This document shows positions 32,128 through 32,911 of a stretch of 32,911 nucleotides of DNA, in pieces. Both the position numbers and the translations under genes were made by a program. How positions within the stretch are numbered: the stretch's first letter is position 1; the number at the start of each line of letters is the position of its first letter. A model generated the notes under the pieces. The model had not been told where the DNA came from. It did not search any database and worked only from the letters and a program-made list of their open reading frames with translations. Source of the DNA: a virus (lineage: Duplodnaviria; Caudoviricetes); IMG/VR virus record IMGVR_UViG_3300027323_000059, positions 1-32,911 of that record. The stretch is one strand, 5' to 3'.

Positions 32128-32310
32128 ATGCCGCAGAAAACATATTTCATAAAGATTGGTGTTTCAGAAGAGACATACGAAAAAGTCCAGAAGTTGGTTG
32201 ATAAAGGGAAGTATCCTACTAAAGCAGATGTCGTCCGGACCGCTCTAATCGAGTGGCTTAAGGAACAGGAACTAAAAACCACGTACAAAAAAGAGGGGGT
32301 GAGGGAGTAA
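32128..32310 (+). CDS. Ribbon-helix-helix regulator, repressor-like position
   Basis: FIKIGVSEE.Y..V..LV.KG.Y.TKADVVR.AL.EWL. Confidence 0.87.
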   Translation: MPQKTYFIKIGVSEETYEKVQKLVDKGKYPTKADVVRTALIEWLKEQELKTTYKKEGVRE

Positions 32311-32353
32311 TAAAATTAAGGAATTTATTAGAGAATATAGGGGGTTTGAGAAA

Positions 32354-32911
32354 TTGGGGCTGGTAAAATGCAAAGAATGTGGAGCGGAGATATCTTCAAA
32401 AGCCAAAGAGTGCCCTCACTGCGGGCATGATAACCGCAGCTGGTGGGGGAGAAGGCACATTGTGACGAAAGCTTTCATAGTGCTCTTTGGCTTGATGTTC
32501 GTAGCAGCATTGTTCGGAGGCGGCGAAGAAGGCTCTACATCAACAGGATCTGCAGCAACGCCTCCTCCAAAAGAGTACATAGATATAAGCTTCTATGAGT
32601 TTGATTCCCTCTTTGGAATGGAAGGCTCTCTGACGGATGCCCAGAAGAAGGTAGAATTTGAGAAATATAAAGGGAAGTATGTCAGGTGGACCTGCGAACT
32701 AGTGGATGTGTCAGAGTCTCTAATGATGTCATTGAGATGCAAGCCAGACACTTTCACGTCAGATATGAGTGTTAAACTTAGATCTGACCAGAAGGAAAAG
32801 GCTCTGGAGATTCCCAAAGGTGCCATGGTAACATTTGAGGCGAGGCTGAAGAGCTACGGGGAGTTGTTGGGTCATAGCGCAGACGATGGAGTAATAATAA
32901 GTTGGAGGTAG
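32354..32911 (+). CDS. Zinc-ribbon / TM / extracellular OB-fold membrane protein
   Basis: CKECG..IS..A..CPHCG, a TM helix, S/T linker and 'YKGK.V.W...L.DV' OB-like domain; TTG start. Confidence 0.75.
   Translation: MGLVKCKECGAEISSKAKECPHCGHDNRSWWGRRHIVTKAFIVLFGLMFVAALFGGGEEGSTSTGSAATPPPKEYIDISFYEFDSLFGMEGSLTDAQKKVEFEKYKGKYVRWTCELVDVSESLMMSLRCKPDTFTSDMSVKLRSDQKEKALEIPKGAMVTFEARLKSYGELLGHSADDGVIISWR

Larger units (their letters stand above)
1..32911. mobile_element. Archaeal tailed virus / provirus segment (myovirus-like Caudoviricetes)
   Basis: Canonical order TerS-TerL-portal-MuF-protease-MCP-neck-sheath-tube-chaperone-TMP-baseplate on the minus strand; archaeal RBS (GGAGGTGA) and TATA boxes. 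No host housekeeping genes, ends or integrase in the window. Confidence 0.95.

Noticed and set aside
1-32911. Integrase/att sites, tRNA, reverse transcriptase/DGR, inteins, tail-fibre invertase; also a tailocin or eCIS interpretation
   Set aside because: No motifs for these were seen, and TerL and the helicase have normal lengths. The presence of capsid, portal and terminase genes indicates a complete virus rather than a tail-only system.

Overview
The whole window is a contiguous piece of an archaeal head-tail virus or provirus (Caudoviricetes, contractile-tail myovirus type). The host is probably a thermophilic euryarchaeote, judging from GGAGGTGA ribosome-binding sites, TATA-box promoters, Lys/Glu-rich proteins, RHH/wHTH regulators and an XPB-like helicase. 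At the right end a divergent pair of RHH regulators (31652-32310) forms a likely genetic switch. On the minus strand from there leftwards come an early module (PD-(D/E)xK nuclease, DUF1599-like protein, SSB-like protein, zinc-finger and wHTH proteins, a palindrome-flanked origin-like region at 26577-26833, XPB-like helicase) and then the morphogenesis module. That module runs TerS, TerL, portal, MuF with toxin-like extension, protease/scaffold, decoration protein, major capsid, neck, sheath, tube, chaperone with -1 frameshift, tape measure, baseplate and a first tail-fibre gene. Four AT-rich accessory inserts interrupt it. The main signals not visible in the ORF track are: (i) nine copies of a virus-specific late promoter (CTGACTTTSC plus a TATA box) at nearly fixed distance from structural-gene starts; (ii) a MuF-fused BECR/RelE-like toxin followed by an AbrB/MazE-like partner; (iii) a nested scaffold gene with its own promoter and RBS; (iv) a G/GT-type frameshift; (v) an iteron-like origin; (vi) an alternative-hairpin element upstream of the nuclease gene. 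No integrase, polymerase, tRNA or CRISPR array is visible. All protein calls come from motifs and synteny, not database searches.
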